Positions 1 through 8,090 of a stretch of DNA of 34,140 nucleotides are shown piece by piece. Every line of letters begins with the position of its first letter. Positions within the stretch are counted from its first letter, which is position 1. The stretch is from the IMG/VR virus record IMGVR_UViG_3300048801_000029, positions 1-34,140 of that record. One strand, given 5' to 3'. The stretch is from a virus. Taxonomy: Duplodnaviria; Caudoviricetes. The notes under the pieces are model-generated. The model worked only from the letters and a program-made list of their open reading frames with translations, had not been told where the DNA came from and did no database searches. Made by a program: the position numbers and the translations under genes.

Positions 1-220
1 AGCCGCCCGCCGGCGGCGTCGCGGCCCCGGACTTCGGCGGGCAGGGGATCGGCTTGGCATTGATCGTCGGGGCGATGGCGCAGGACGGGGCGGGCACAAG
101 GGTCGCGCCCTTGTCCTCGGCGGGCTGGCAGGCGGCGAGGGTGCCGAGGATGACGACGGCGCCGGCGAGGGCGCACACGGCGCCGACGGGCGCGATGGAT
201 GTCTTGCGGTTGGGTTTCAT
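1..220 (-). CDS. Small lipoprotein (runs off the window edge)
   Basis: Not in ORF track; translated by hand from ATG 220, which overlaps the RusA stop (ATGA): MKPNRKTSIAPVGAVCALAGAVVILGTLAACQPAEDKG... Basic N-terminus, hydrophobic stretch, lipobox LAAC. Confidence 0.7.
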   Translation of the reverse strand, partial: MKPNRKTSIAPVGAVCALAGAVVILGTLAACQPAEDKGATLVPAPSCAIAPTINAKPIPCPPKSGAATPPAGG

Positions 221-690
221 ACCCCGACGGTACCCACCCACACACGGACCCCGCAACTGTCCGCGTCCGCCGCCCACGTCTTCGACGTCCACCAACTGAC
301 AATCTGCCCGTCGTCGGCGATGATCCCCGAGTCGGTCAGGGCGTCGCCGAGGTTGCGGGTGTACTTGTCGAGGTCCCCGTCACGCAGCCTGTCCGGCCAC
401 AGGCGCCCCGCTGAGCGCCCAGCGGGCGGGGGTAGGTGGAATTCAGCGCCGACGCGCACCGGGCCCGTGTACGGCGTCCACACGCCCTTTCCCCCGGCCA
501 GCTTGCCCCAGAGGGTGCGCACAATGACACCCCTCCACTCGTAGCTGCCCTCGACGGCCTCGGTGAGGATGGCGCTGCCATTCGCGCGCCGGCCCCGTAC
601 TTTCAGACTCCCCTTCGTCCTCGGGCGCCCCGGCACCCACACGTCCACAGCGGCCAGCCCGTCCGGGCGTACGGAGTCGAGGGGGTTCAT
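217..690 (-). CDS. rusA: RusA-family Holliday junction resolvase
   Basis: VPGRPRTKGS N-terminal motif and DLDKYTRNLGDALTDSGIIADDGQIV catalytic Asp motif. Start at ATG 690 overlaps the upstream stop (ATGA). Confidence 0.85.
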   Translation of the reverse strand: MNPLDSVRPDGLAAVDVWVPGRPRTKGSLKVRGRRANGSAILTEAVEGSYEWRGVIVRTLWGKLAGGKGVWTPYTGPVRVGAEFHLPPPAGRSAGRLWPDRLRDGDLDKYTRNLGDALTDSGIIADDGQIVSWWTSKTWAADADSCGVRVWVGTVGV

Positions 691-803
691 GCCGGCGGCA
701 CCCCGTACAGCGCGGCGGCCAGCAGCACGATCGTCGGCAGGACTGCCAGCGACCACTCGATGTCGGCGGCTTCCGCCCGGACCCAGTCCCAGGTGCGTCT
801 CAT
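687..803 (-). CDS. 38-aa membrane peptide
   Basis: MRRTWDWVRAEAADIEWSLAVLPTIVLLAAALYGVPPA. Coupled to rusA; TACCCT -10-like box 7 nt before the ATG (leaderless-type). Confidence 0.5.
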   Translation of the reverse strand: MRRTWDWVRAEAADIEWSLAVLPTIVLLAAALYGVPPA

Positions 804-856
804 GCCGACCAGGGTAGCGCGGCGGCTAGGGCGGGGTGCGTAGCCCGTCGGGTGAC

Positions 857-1023
857 TACGCACCGTAGCTGTAGCTAACTTATATGGGGGTGTAGCAAGT
901 GAAGCAGCTCTCCCCCCTTGTCCACATGAGACCTTGAAGAATTGAGAATTAATATAGAACAAGGTTCCGGTGCTGCTTCACTTGCTACACCCCCACTTCC
1001 GTTAGCTACAGCTACGGTGCGTA
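857..1023. repeat. 52-bp inverted repeat flanking an AT-rich core; candidate replication origin
   Basis: Arms 857-908 and 972-1023 are reverse complements except for a 5-nt internal block. The 63-nt spacer includes gaagaattgagaattaatatagaacaa. Located just upstream of the primase operon. Confidence 0.85.
918..926 (+). promoter_or_regulatory. DnaA box
   Basis: TTGTCCACA matches the actinobacterial DnaA-box consensus and lies beside the AT-rich core inside the inverted repeat. Confidence 0.55.
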
Positions 1024-1154
1024 ACATTCTGGGTCACAGTTCACCCTGGCGACCCCGGGGAGCTAGGGTGGGGGCCTGCATTGGTCGCAAAGACAAGTGC
1101 GCCCCGGCAGCGCGTGAACGCTCCGGGGCTGAACCGAGAGAGGATCTCGATCCC

Positions 1155-1646
1155 ATGGCTCACAAGATACCAGTGCCCAGCAACTTCGATGGGCTGGTAG
1201 CGATAGACCTGTCCGCCGACTTCCCCTCCGCACGGCCCGGGGAGAATGGCAGCGTCATCGTCCACACCGGCGCCTGCCGGCCGCCGGACGTCGCGGCCAT
1301 ACTGGAGCGCGACCTTGAGATGCTCCGGATGCACGCGCACATGATCACCGGTCACCTGGCCGAAGACGGCGATAGCTCGAGGGTGGGGGCGGTGGGCGTT
1401 GTGGTCGAACCGGGGCGAGAACTTCCGCTGATGCGATGCATGATGAAGTGTCGGGAAAGCTCCTATCCGAGCGAGGTGCGATGCACCTACGACGGAAATA
1501 TCATGTCCTGCGTCTACTCTCAGGACTGCGCCCACACCGGCGACTGGATTGAACTGATGGTCATACTCACAACCCCCGCACAACTGGCCCCCCACCTCCG
1601 CGCCCTCGTCCTGGTGGCCATCCGGAAGGCCGGCGAGGCTCTGTGA
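1155..1646 (+). CDS. Hypothetical protein
   Basis: ATG 1155 preceded by GAGAGGA; stop overlaps the primase start (GTGA). Confidence 0.65.
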   Translation: MAHKIPVPSNFDGLVAIDLSADFPSARPGENGSVIVHTGACRPPDVAAILERDLEMLRMHAHMITGHLAEDGDSSRVGAVGVVVEPGRELPLMRCMMKCRESSYPSEVRCTYDGNIMSCVYSQDCAHTGDWIELMVILTTPAQLAPHLRALVLVAIRKAGEAL

Positions 1647-4144
1647 GCGACTCCCCTCTGGCCGCGTTCGAGGAGTACACCGAACGCGGTTGGTTCGTGC
1701 ACCCCATTCACCGATGTGGGGACACGCGACTGGACGAGGAGACGGGTGAACTGGTCGCCATCGACAAGCGCCCCATCCTCCCCGGCTGGCAGCGCGCCTC
1801 GACCAACGACCCCGCCGACGTCCGGCGCTGGTTGGGCGAGCGCCGGTTCGCCGGGGCGAACATCGGCGTCCACGCCGAGCGCTCCGGGCTGGTGATCGTC
1901 GACCTGGATGTCCGTCCGGACAAGAACGGCATCGACTCCTGGCTGGAGTTGTCGCACGGTTGGGAGCCGGATACTTTCACGGTGCGGACGCCGACGGGCG
2001 GCCTGCACTACTACTTCGAGGCACCCGAGGGTGTGAGGTTGGCCAACACGGCCGGTAAGCTCGGCAAGGGGATCGACACCCGCTCGAGCGGCTACGCGGT
2101 GGCCCCCCCGTCGGTCACGACGGCCGGGGAGTACATGGTCACCAACTGGTCGGTGGGCAGGCTGGAACCCGCCCCCCGCTGGCTGGTCGCGAAGATCCTG
2201 GAACGGCGTACCGAGGTGGCCCGGCCGTTCGTCCCGGTGGTCCCGGGGGTGTCGGCGTCGGCGTCCTCGGTGCTGGCTCGGGTGAAGAATTTTGCCGCCG
2301 AACTGGCCGACTGCGGGGATGGCGCGAATGACCTCGCGATGCGTCTGGCGGTGCGGGCCGGTAACTACGTGGGCGCTGGCCAGATCGAACGGGCCGTGGC
2401 TGAGAGTGTCCTCATCGGCGCCATGGAGGGGTGGAAGTTCACCGGCACCAACACCCGGGCGTCCATGATCAGCACGATCCGGGAAAAAGTCGCACTGGGG
2501 ATGAAGACACCCCGGGCCTGGGAGGAGTTGCGTAGTCTGACCGGCGGCGTCGAACTGCCGGCCCCGCCCCCCGACGAACCTGAGGCGCCCCGAAGTTCCC
2601 GCGTCGTCACCGGCTGGAGTACGGACGACGGGCAGGCCCGCGAGATGCGCCGCCTGTTCCCCGGGTTGAGGTTCGCCGAGGCGGCTGACGGGGGGAAGCT
2701 GAATTGGTTCGCCTGGTCGGGTAAGCATTGGAGTCCGGTCGGCGAGTCGAAGCCGACCGGACTCATGCAGAACTGGTATCAGAGGCAGCTTGATGAACTC
2801 AACGCCCAGATCGCTGTCCTGGACCTGGAGTTAGAGGCGGCGAAGGATCGCGGCGCCGAACCGGATGAGGAGAAAGAGGGCAAGCTGGACGCCCTGGAGG
2901 CGCGCGCCAAGTCGGTGACCCGCTTCATGGGTGCTTCGAAGCAGTCCAACATCCTGAAGGCATGGCGGGTGATGGCGCGAGCCGCCATCGACGAGTTCGA
3001 TGCTCATCCAGAACTCCTGAACACCCCCGACGGCGTCGTGGACCTGCGGACCGGGGAGTTGTCTCCGCACGACCCGAGTCTGATGCTGACGAAGCTGACC
3101 CGTGGCCGCTACCGTCCCGGGTATCGTCATGCGGACTGGGACTCGGCCCTGGAGTCACTCCCGGACGGATTGCGGACGTACCTGCACATTCGTGTCGGCC
3201 AGGCCGTGACGGGCGAAGCATCGGCGAGTGACGACATGGTTCTTCTGGTCGGCGGCGGGTCGAATGGTAAGTCGGCCATTATGGATGATGGCCTGCTGCA
3301 CGCCCTGGGCGACTTCGCGATGTTGGCCAGCCCGAATCTGTTCACTAAGGCTGAGGGCGGGGCGTCGCCGGAGCGTGCCTCACTGCGGGGCGCCCGCTTG
3401 GTGCTGGCCGAGGAGTTGAGCGAAGAGGGTGTGTTCTCCACTGCCGAGGTGAAGCGCATAGTCGGCACGTCGACCATCTCGGCCCGCAAGTTGTACCAGG
3501 GGGATATGACGTTCACGGCGTCGCATACGATCTTCGTGAACACGAACCACCTGCCTCAGATCCGGGAGACGACGGACGGGGACTGGCGGCGTTACTGTCC
3601 GATCCCGTTCCCCTTCAAGTTCGTCGACGGCGATCCGGCCAACGCATACGAACGCCGGGGCGACGCCGACCTGAAGCCTCGGCTGCGTAACGGTAGGCAG
3701 GGGCAGCATGACGCGATGGTGACGTGGGCTGTCGAAGGGGCGATGAAGTACTTCGCCGACCCGGGTGCCCTGGGTCGGTCGCGGCGGCCCGTCGAGGTCG
3801 ATGCGGCGCTGGGGGCTTGGAGAATGAGCGCCGACCTGTTGCTGTCGTTCCTGGACGAGCGGGTCGTCGCCGACCGGGGTGCAGCCATTCCCCGTAAGGA
3901 TCTGTTCAAGGAGTTCAGTAGCTGGTTGGATGAGGGGCAGCATAAACGCTGGTCGTCATCGACGTTCTACCAGCGGTTCATCAAGCACCCGGCGTATGTG
4001 GAGATGGCCGTGGCTGAGGGGCAGACCCGGGATCACTCGATCATCAGTCGGCCCACGCCGGTGGGCGCGACCTGGTCGTCGAACGGATCTCCGCTTCCGG
4101 AGACGGTTCGGGTGTTCAGGACCATCCGGTTCAAGCCCTCCTGA
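1643..4144 (+). CDS. Bifunctional primase-polymerase (Prim-Pol) fused to D5/P4-type SF3 helicase
   Basis: N-terminal ANIG..LVIVDLD, TPTGGLHYYF and GIDTR motifs; D5_N-like LLNTPDGVVDLRTG; Walker A GGGSNGKS; TNHLP motif. Confidence 0.92.
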   Translation: MSDSPLAAFEEYTERGWFVHPIHRCGDTRLDEETGELVAIDKRPILPGWQRASTNDPADVRRWLGERRFAGANIGVHAERSGLVIVDLDVRPDKNGIDSWLELSHGWEPDTFTVRTPTGGLHYYFEAPEGVRLANTAGKLGKGIDTRSSGYAVAPPSVTTAGEYMVTNWSVGRLEPAPRWLVAKILERRTEVARPFVPVVPGVSASASSVLARVKNFAAELADCGDGANDLAMRLAVRAGNYVGAGQIERAVAESVLIGAMEGWKFTGTNTRASMISTIREKVALGMKTPRAWEELRSLTGGVELPAPPPDEPEAPRSSRVVTGWSTDDGQAREMRRLFPGLRFAEAADGGKLNWFAWSGKHWSPVGESKPTGLMQNWYQRQLDELNAQIAVLDLELEAAKDRGAEPDEEKEGKLDALEARAKSVTRFMGASKQSNILKAWRVMARAAIDEFDAHPELLNTPDGVVDLRTGELSPHDPSLMLTKLTRGRYRPGYRHADWDSALESLPDGLRTYLHIRVGQAVTGEASASDDMVLLVGGGSNGKSAIMDDGLLHALGDFAMLASPNLFTKAEGGASPERASLRGARLVLAEELSEEGVFSTAEVKRIVGTSTISARKLYQGDMTFTASHTIFVNTNHLPQIRETTDGDWRRYCPIPFPFKFVDGDPANAYERRGDADLKPRLRNGRQGQHDAMVTWAVEGAMKYFADPGALGRSRRPVEVDAALGAWRMSADLLLSFLDERVVADRGAAIPRKDLFKEFSSWLDEGQHKRWSSSTFYQRFIKHPAYVEMAVAEGQTRDHSIISRPTPVGATWSSNGSPLPETVRVFRTIRFKPS

Positions 4145-4154
4145 CTCCAGAAAC

Positions 4155-4195
4155 GACAGCACCCCCCGACCATCGTGAGGTCGGGGGGTGTTGTC
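4155..4195. terminator. Hairpin between convergent genes
   Basis: gacagcaccccccgacc-atcgtga-ggtcggggggtgttgtc, 17-bp stem with one G-U pair. Confidence 0.7.
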
Positions 4196-4228
4196 TCTCG
4201 GCCGCTGGGAGCCCTGCCGGGGCTGATC

Positions 4229-4768
4229 CTACTGCGCGGCGGGCCACTCCAGTCCTAGCTTGATGGCATCCCGCCGCTGCCTGGGGCTGAAGACGCGCGT
4301 CCAGTTCCCGGTTGGGACTTTTACCGGGTATGTGACCCCGCCACAGTGTGGGCATGGGGCGGGTGCCTCACCGAGCGGGGCCAGGATCGGGTCCGCTTCG
4401 GAGGCGGTGAGGTTGGCGTCTTCGATGCGGACCCGCGCCGCCGGGTTCCCCGGGGCAATGATCTTGATGTGTGCCGGGTTGAGGCACATCGACACCTCGC
4501 AGACCGTACTGGCCCACAGCTGTGCGTCCAGCATCTCCTCGTTCAGATACTCCCAGACGGCCCGCCTGACGCTGCGGCGCCCCCCGTCGAGGCTGGCCAT
4601 GGGGGAAATGGGGTGACCCTTGCCCAACCAGGTCAGGCAGTCGCCCTCGATCCCTTCGGGGGCGGGCCTGGCGTGAACGAACGTCCCCCCGTGCTTGTTC
4701 GCTACTAGGGGGCTAAGCCCCATGTCAAGCAGTGTGTCGGTTAGTGTTTCCTCGTCCCAGTCGGACAT
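4229..4768 (-). CDS. Degenerate HNH/His-Me finger-like zinc protein
   Basis: CLTWLG...SVRRAVWE...CEVSMCLNPAHI resembles phage HNH endonucleases; C-terminal CPHC; RBS AAGGAG. Confidence 0.6.
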   Translation of the reverse strand: MSDWDEETLTDTLLDMGLSPLVANKHGGTFVHARPAPEGIEGDCLTWLGKGHPISPMASLDGGRRSVRRAVWEYLNEEMLDAQLWASTVCEVSMCLNPAHIKIIAPGNPAARVRIEDANLTASEADPILAPLGEAPAPCPHCGGVTYPVKVPTGNWTRVFSPRQRRDAIKLGLEWPAAQ

Positions 4769-4799
4769 ATTTTCGTCTCCTTACCTGTTGGGTTTTGTC

Positions 4800-5021
4800 T
4801 TACTCTTCCGATGCTACCTCACTGTCCCAGGGGCCGTATGTCCCTGACAGCGCTAACATTGTCGCCTCCCTCGGGTCTTGTGGGTGGACGTGGAACTGCG
4901 CACATCCCCCACGGAGGCACAGGGTCCCCGCCGCCGTCCAGGTCGCACCCTTCCCATCGCTCGCCCACCTCGTACCGTAGGGGTGACGCGCCCGTTCCCC
5001 CTCCCCCTCGTTCCCGGTCAT
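4800..5021 (-). CDS. Hypothetical protein
   Basis: ATG 5021 overlaps the upstream stop (ATGA); 73 aa. Confidence 0.55.
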   Translation of the reverse strand: MTGNEGEGERARHPYGTRWASDGKGATWTAAGTLCLRGGCAQFHVHPQDPREATMLALSGTYGPWDSEVASEE

Positions 5022-5356
5022 TGTCCCGCCTCCACGTCGAGCACTTGGGCGTTGAGGACGTGCCTCATGCCCTCTACCGCCCACGCGTGCGTCTGCCCGC
5101 CCTCATCTGATCCCCAGCCACCGCCGGGGACGCACAGGACCCGCGTCCAGATCGGTTCGAGTCGCACCACCTCCGTGATTCCGCCCCGCTTGAGGGTGAG
5201 GGCCTTACCCCCCACCCCCAGTCCGTGAAGCTCCGTCGCCTCGACCACCCACCATGCGGCGGCCCCCGTAGCGGTGGCTCCCCAGCGGACCCAGTCGCCG
5301 ATCATGATGGCCGCGACTGAGCGGTACTCAATGAGTCGCTGACTGGGCCCGGTCAT
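5018..5356 (-). CDS. Hypothetical protein
   Basis: 112-aa ORF with RBS GGAAGGA; tiles the operon. Confidence 0.6.
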   Translation of the reverse strand: MTGPSQRLIEYRSVAAIMIGDWVRWGATATGAAAWWVVEATELHGLGVGGKALTLKRGGITEVVRLEPIWTRVLCVPGGGWGSDEGGQTHAWAVEGMRHVLNAQVLDVEAGQ

Positions 5357-5636
5357 TGAGTTCCTTCCCGATCTGTGAGTGGCCGATCTTCCATAGCGCC
5401 CCGTGACGCAAGACGTACGCGACGGTCGCCTTCCAGGGCTTGTCCTCGCCTGCCCGTTCCCAGCAGGCGACGAGGACGGTTGATCGTACGGCGACGGAGT
5501 CGATGAACGTCTCCCCTACCCGTGTGCGCGAATAGGTGATGTAGGGTTTCGGGTCCTCCGGGTGCGCCCGGAGGCGCCTCAGCAGCGCGAGGGCGGCGGG
5601 GGCGCACGGGTCCCCGGGGAGCAGAATCTTACTCAC
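5328..5636 (-). CDS. Hypothetical protein
   Basis: 102-aa ORF overlapping both neighbours; natural amino-acid composition. Confidence 0.6.
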   Translation of the reverse strand: MSKILLPGDPCAPAALALLRRLRAHPEDPKPYITYSRTRVGETFIDSVAVRSTVLVACWERAGEDKPWKATVAYVLRHGALWKIGHSQIGKELNDRAQSATH

Positions 5637-6186
5637 CTTCGCTCACCCATCCCATCCTGATTTCCGTCTGCCGCCAGGACAATGACAGCCGCCGATCCCT
5701 CTCCTGCTCCAGGCGGGCGACCGACTCAGCGCTGACCAGCATCTTGAAGTCCCGGTATCCGAGACCCCGGACGTCACGCACGTCGAGGCGCCCCGCCTTC
5801 CCCCAGCGGTAGATGGTCTTCAGGTCCACCCCCAGCCTGCTCGCCGCCTGCGTCTTCGTCATCCACGTGCTGGGGATCTTGCTGGGGTTCACTTGCCCTC
5901 CTCCTGTGTCAGTTTCCCTGATCGCCGAGTTGGTCGCGGTGACCTGCGTCGCCGCCGCCAGGTTCACCGCCTCATTCCGGTCAGCGTGCAAGTCGCTCAC
6001 ATTGATCGGTACCTGTTCGGTCATTGTCTCTTCCTTCGGCTTGGCGCCCCGACGAGCTGCCTCGCCGGTGCGGTGGTGGTGTGGGTAGAGGGCCGCGCGC
6101 TCGCCGCCAAGGCCCACGTCCGCGAGCGCCTTGCCGGCCTTCTCGGCGAGGGGCGCGATGTCCGGATACTTACTCAGGTCGATCAT
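5629..6186 (-). CDS. Helix-turn-helix DNA-binding protein (excisionase/MerR-like HTH); start ambiguous (6186, 6024 or 5892)
   Basis: WMTKTQAASRLGVDLKTIYRWGKAGRL HTH motif in the C-terminal half. Confidence 0.7.
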   Translation of the reverse strand: MIDLSKYPDIAPLAEKAGKALADVGLGGERAALYPHHHRTGEAARRGAKPKEETMTEQVPINVSDLHADRNEAVNLAAATQVTATNSAIRETDTGGGQVNPSKIPSTWMTKTQAASRLGVDLKTIYRWGKAGRLDVRDVRGLGYRDFKMLVSAESVARLEQERDRRLSLSWRQTEIRMGWVSEGE

Positions 6187-6220
6187 TGTGAATCCCCTTC
6201 ATTGCTGGGTTGAGGCCTCA

Positions 6221-6256
6221 GACTGTATCAGAGTGTCCGGCAGTTGTGATACAGTC
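6221..6256. promoter_or_regulatory. Symmetric divergent extended -10 promoters
   Basis: gactgtatca-N16-tgatacagtc. Each arm reads TG-A-TACAGT outward; the right box ends 6 nt before the helicase ATG. Confidence 0.65.
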
Positions 6257-6261
6257 CTGGC

Positions 6262-7959
6262 ATGACGAACGAGGTCCGGCTGCGGGACTACCAGAGGGCG
6301 GCGATTGATGGCATCCACCGCGCCTGGCGGGGTGAGCCTCGGGGCACGGGCACGGGTGTCGTCAACCGGGTCGCGGTGGCGCTGCCCACCGGAGCAGGTA
6401 AGACCGTCGTATTCTCGCACCCTGACCTGCGGGAGTCTGTGATCGGGACGGGGGCGCGGGGGCGTAGGATGCTCATCCTCGTGCACCGTGAGGAGCTGGC
6501 CGGCCAGACCATACAGAAGTTGCGCTCGATCGACCCGAGTGCCGTCGTCGGCAGGGTGCAGGCGGAGCATGATCAGGTTGACGCGAAGATTGTCGTTGCC
6601 TCCGTGCAGACCCTTGCCCGGAGGAGTCGCAGAGATCAGATCAAGGACGTCGGCCTGATTGTCGCCGACGAGGCGCACCATTACACGTCGAAGACTTACC
6701 TGGAGACGTTGACGCATTACGGCGCATTCCGTGGTATCCCGACGGTCGGCTTCAGCGCCACCTTGACCCGGTCGGATGACAGGAAGTTGGGCGACCTGTG
6801 GGAAGAGCTGGTGATCCGTAAGGACATTATTGAGGGTATCCGGGCGGGTTGGTTAGTTGATGTCCGGGGCAAGACTGTGGCCATTGAGGGGCTGGACCTG
6901 GCGAAGGTGCAGCGCACCCGGGGTGACTACGCTGACGGGGCGCTGGGTGCGGCCCTGCACGGCGCCCACGCGGCCGAGCAGGTTGCCGAGGCATACAAGT
7001 CGAGCGCCATGGACCGGCAGGGGGCCGCTTTCTGGCCGGATGTCGCCTCCGCCCAGGAGGGTGCGGAGGCGTTCAACTCCACCGGCATCCCCAGTGAGGT
7101 CGTCATCGGCGAGACGCCAACCGATGTGCGTCAAGCGATCTACGCCCGGACGCGCGCCGGGGTGACGCAGGTCATCCACTCGTGCATGGTCCTGACTGAG
7201 GGCTTCGACATGCCCCAGTTGGATTGCGCGGTGATCGCGCGACCAACACAGAATAACGCCCTGTACGTGCAGATGGTGGGGCGGGTGCTACGTCCCTGGC
7301 GGGCGCCCCGGCCGGGGTTCGGGGTGAAGCGTGACGCCCTCGTCCTGGATGTGGCTGGGGTCGCGGGGAAGCATAAGCTGGCTACCCTCGCCGACTTGTC
7401 TCCGAGCACGAAGCTGCCCCGCGAGGACCAGTCCCTGCTTGAGTCCGAGGATGAGCCCGAGGATGAGCCCGAGGACGACATCCCCACCGGCCCGATGTCG
7501 CCGAAGGCGAAACCCTTCGACTTCGGCGCTGTCACGTTGCGCGACGCCGACCTTTTCAGCGAATCTGCGGCGCTGTGGCAGCAGACCCCACGGGGAACCT
7601 GGTTTGTCTCCGTGGGGAGCTGGTTCGTGTTCCTGTGGCCGATGGGGGGCGGCCTGTGGACGGTCGGGCGGGTGGGGCAGAAGGGGGGACTCGCGTCGGC
7701 TGAACTCGTGCAGGGCGACCTCACTTTCGAGTGGGCGATGGCGCGGGCCGAACGGGAGGCTGACACCCTGGAGGGCATGCAGACGCTGACCTATGGGGTT
7801 GGCCGGAGCGCGTCGTGGCGGCAAGGCAGCCGGCCCGCGTCCGACGCCCAGAGGGGGTACGCTCGAAGCCTGGGCATCGCTTTCGACGCTGGGACGTCGA
7901 AGTCCCAACTGGCCGATATGATCACCACCAAGATTGCCGCCCGAGTCCTGGGCGGCTAA
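6262..7959 (+). CDS. Superfamily 2 DEAH-box helicase
   Basis: PTGAGKT, LVHREEL, DEAHH, SAT, LTEGFD and QMVGRVLR motifs. Confidence 0.92.
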   Translation: MTNEVRLRDYQRAAIDGIHRAWRGEPRGTGTGVVNRVAVALPTGAGKTVVFSHPDLRESVIGTGARGRRMLILVHREELAGQTIQKLRSIDPSAVVGRVQAEHDQVDAKIVVASVQTLARRSRRDQIKDVGLIVADEAHHYTSKTYLETLTHYGAFRGIPTVGFSATLTRSDDRKLGDLWEELVIRKDIIEGIRAGWLVDVRGKTVAIEGLDLAKVQRTRGDYADGALGAALHGAHAAEQVAEAYKSSAMDRQGAAFWPDVASAQEGAEAFNSTGIPSEVVIGETPTDVRQAIYARTRAGVTQVIHSCMVLTEGFDMPQLDCAVIARPTQNNALYVQMVGRVLRPWRAPRPGFGVKRDALVLDVAGVAGKHKLATLADLSPSTKLPREDQSLLESEDEPEDEPEDDIPTGPMSPKAKPFDFGAVTLRDADLFSESAALWQQTPRGTWFVSVGSWFVFLWPMGGGLWTVGRVGQKGGLASAELVQGDLTFEWAMARAEREADTLEGMQTLTYGVGRSASWRQGSRPASDAQRGYARSLGIAFDAGTSKSQLADMITTKIAARVLGG

Positions 7960-7979
7960 ACCCAACGAAAGGTAAGGCA

Positions 7980-8090
7980 ATGGATACTGTCGGACACTTC
8001 CCCCCACACGCGACGGGGTGTGAGGTCTGCGGACGCGCCCTCATCAACACGGACGGCAAGCCGTGCGACATCAATGGCAACGCCCGGTGA
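7980..8090 (+). CDS. 36-aa Cys-containing peptide
   Basis: MDTVGHFPPHATGCEVCGRALINTDGKPCDINGNAR. Upstream AAAGGTAAGG; stop overlaps the next GTG. Confidence 0.5.
   Translation: MDTVGHFPPHATGCEVCGRALINTDGKPCDINGNAR

Noticed and set aside
804-1154. N-terminal extensions of ORFs 687..962 and 942..1646 sharing AASLATPP..LATATVR
   Set aside because: The shared peptide is just the translation of the two inverted-repeat arms; better starts exist at 803 and 1155.
1520-2728. Long antisense ORFs (also 9339-10625, 22286-23419, 22984-23982, 28508-29611, 32900-33937)
   Set aside because: Shadow frames of real genes in high-GC DNA; Arg/Gly/Pro-rich with no motifs.
4160-4190. Shared caccccccga/tcggggggtg core between the 4155 and 34047 hairpins as a mobile repeat
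   Set aside because: Only 10 bp and mostly a C-run; consistent with convergent terminator stems.
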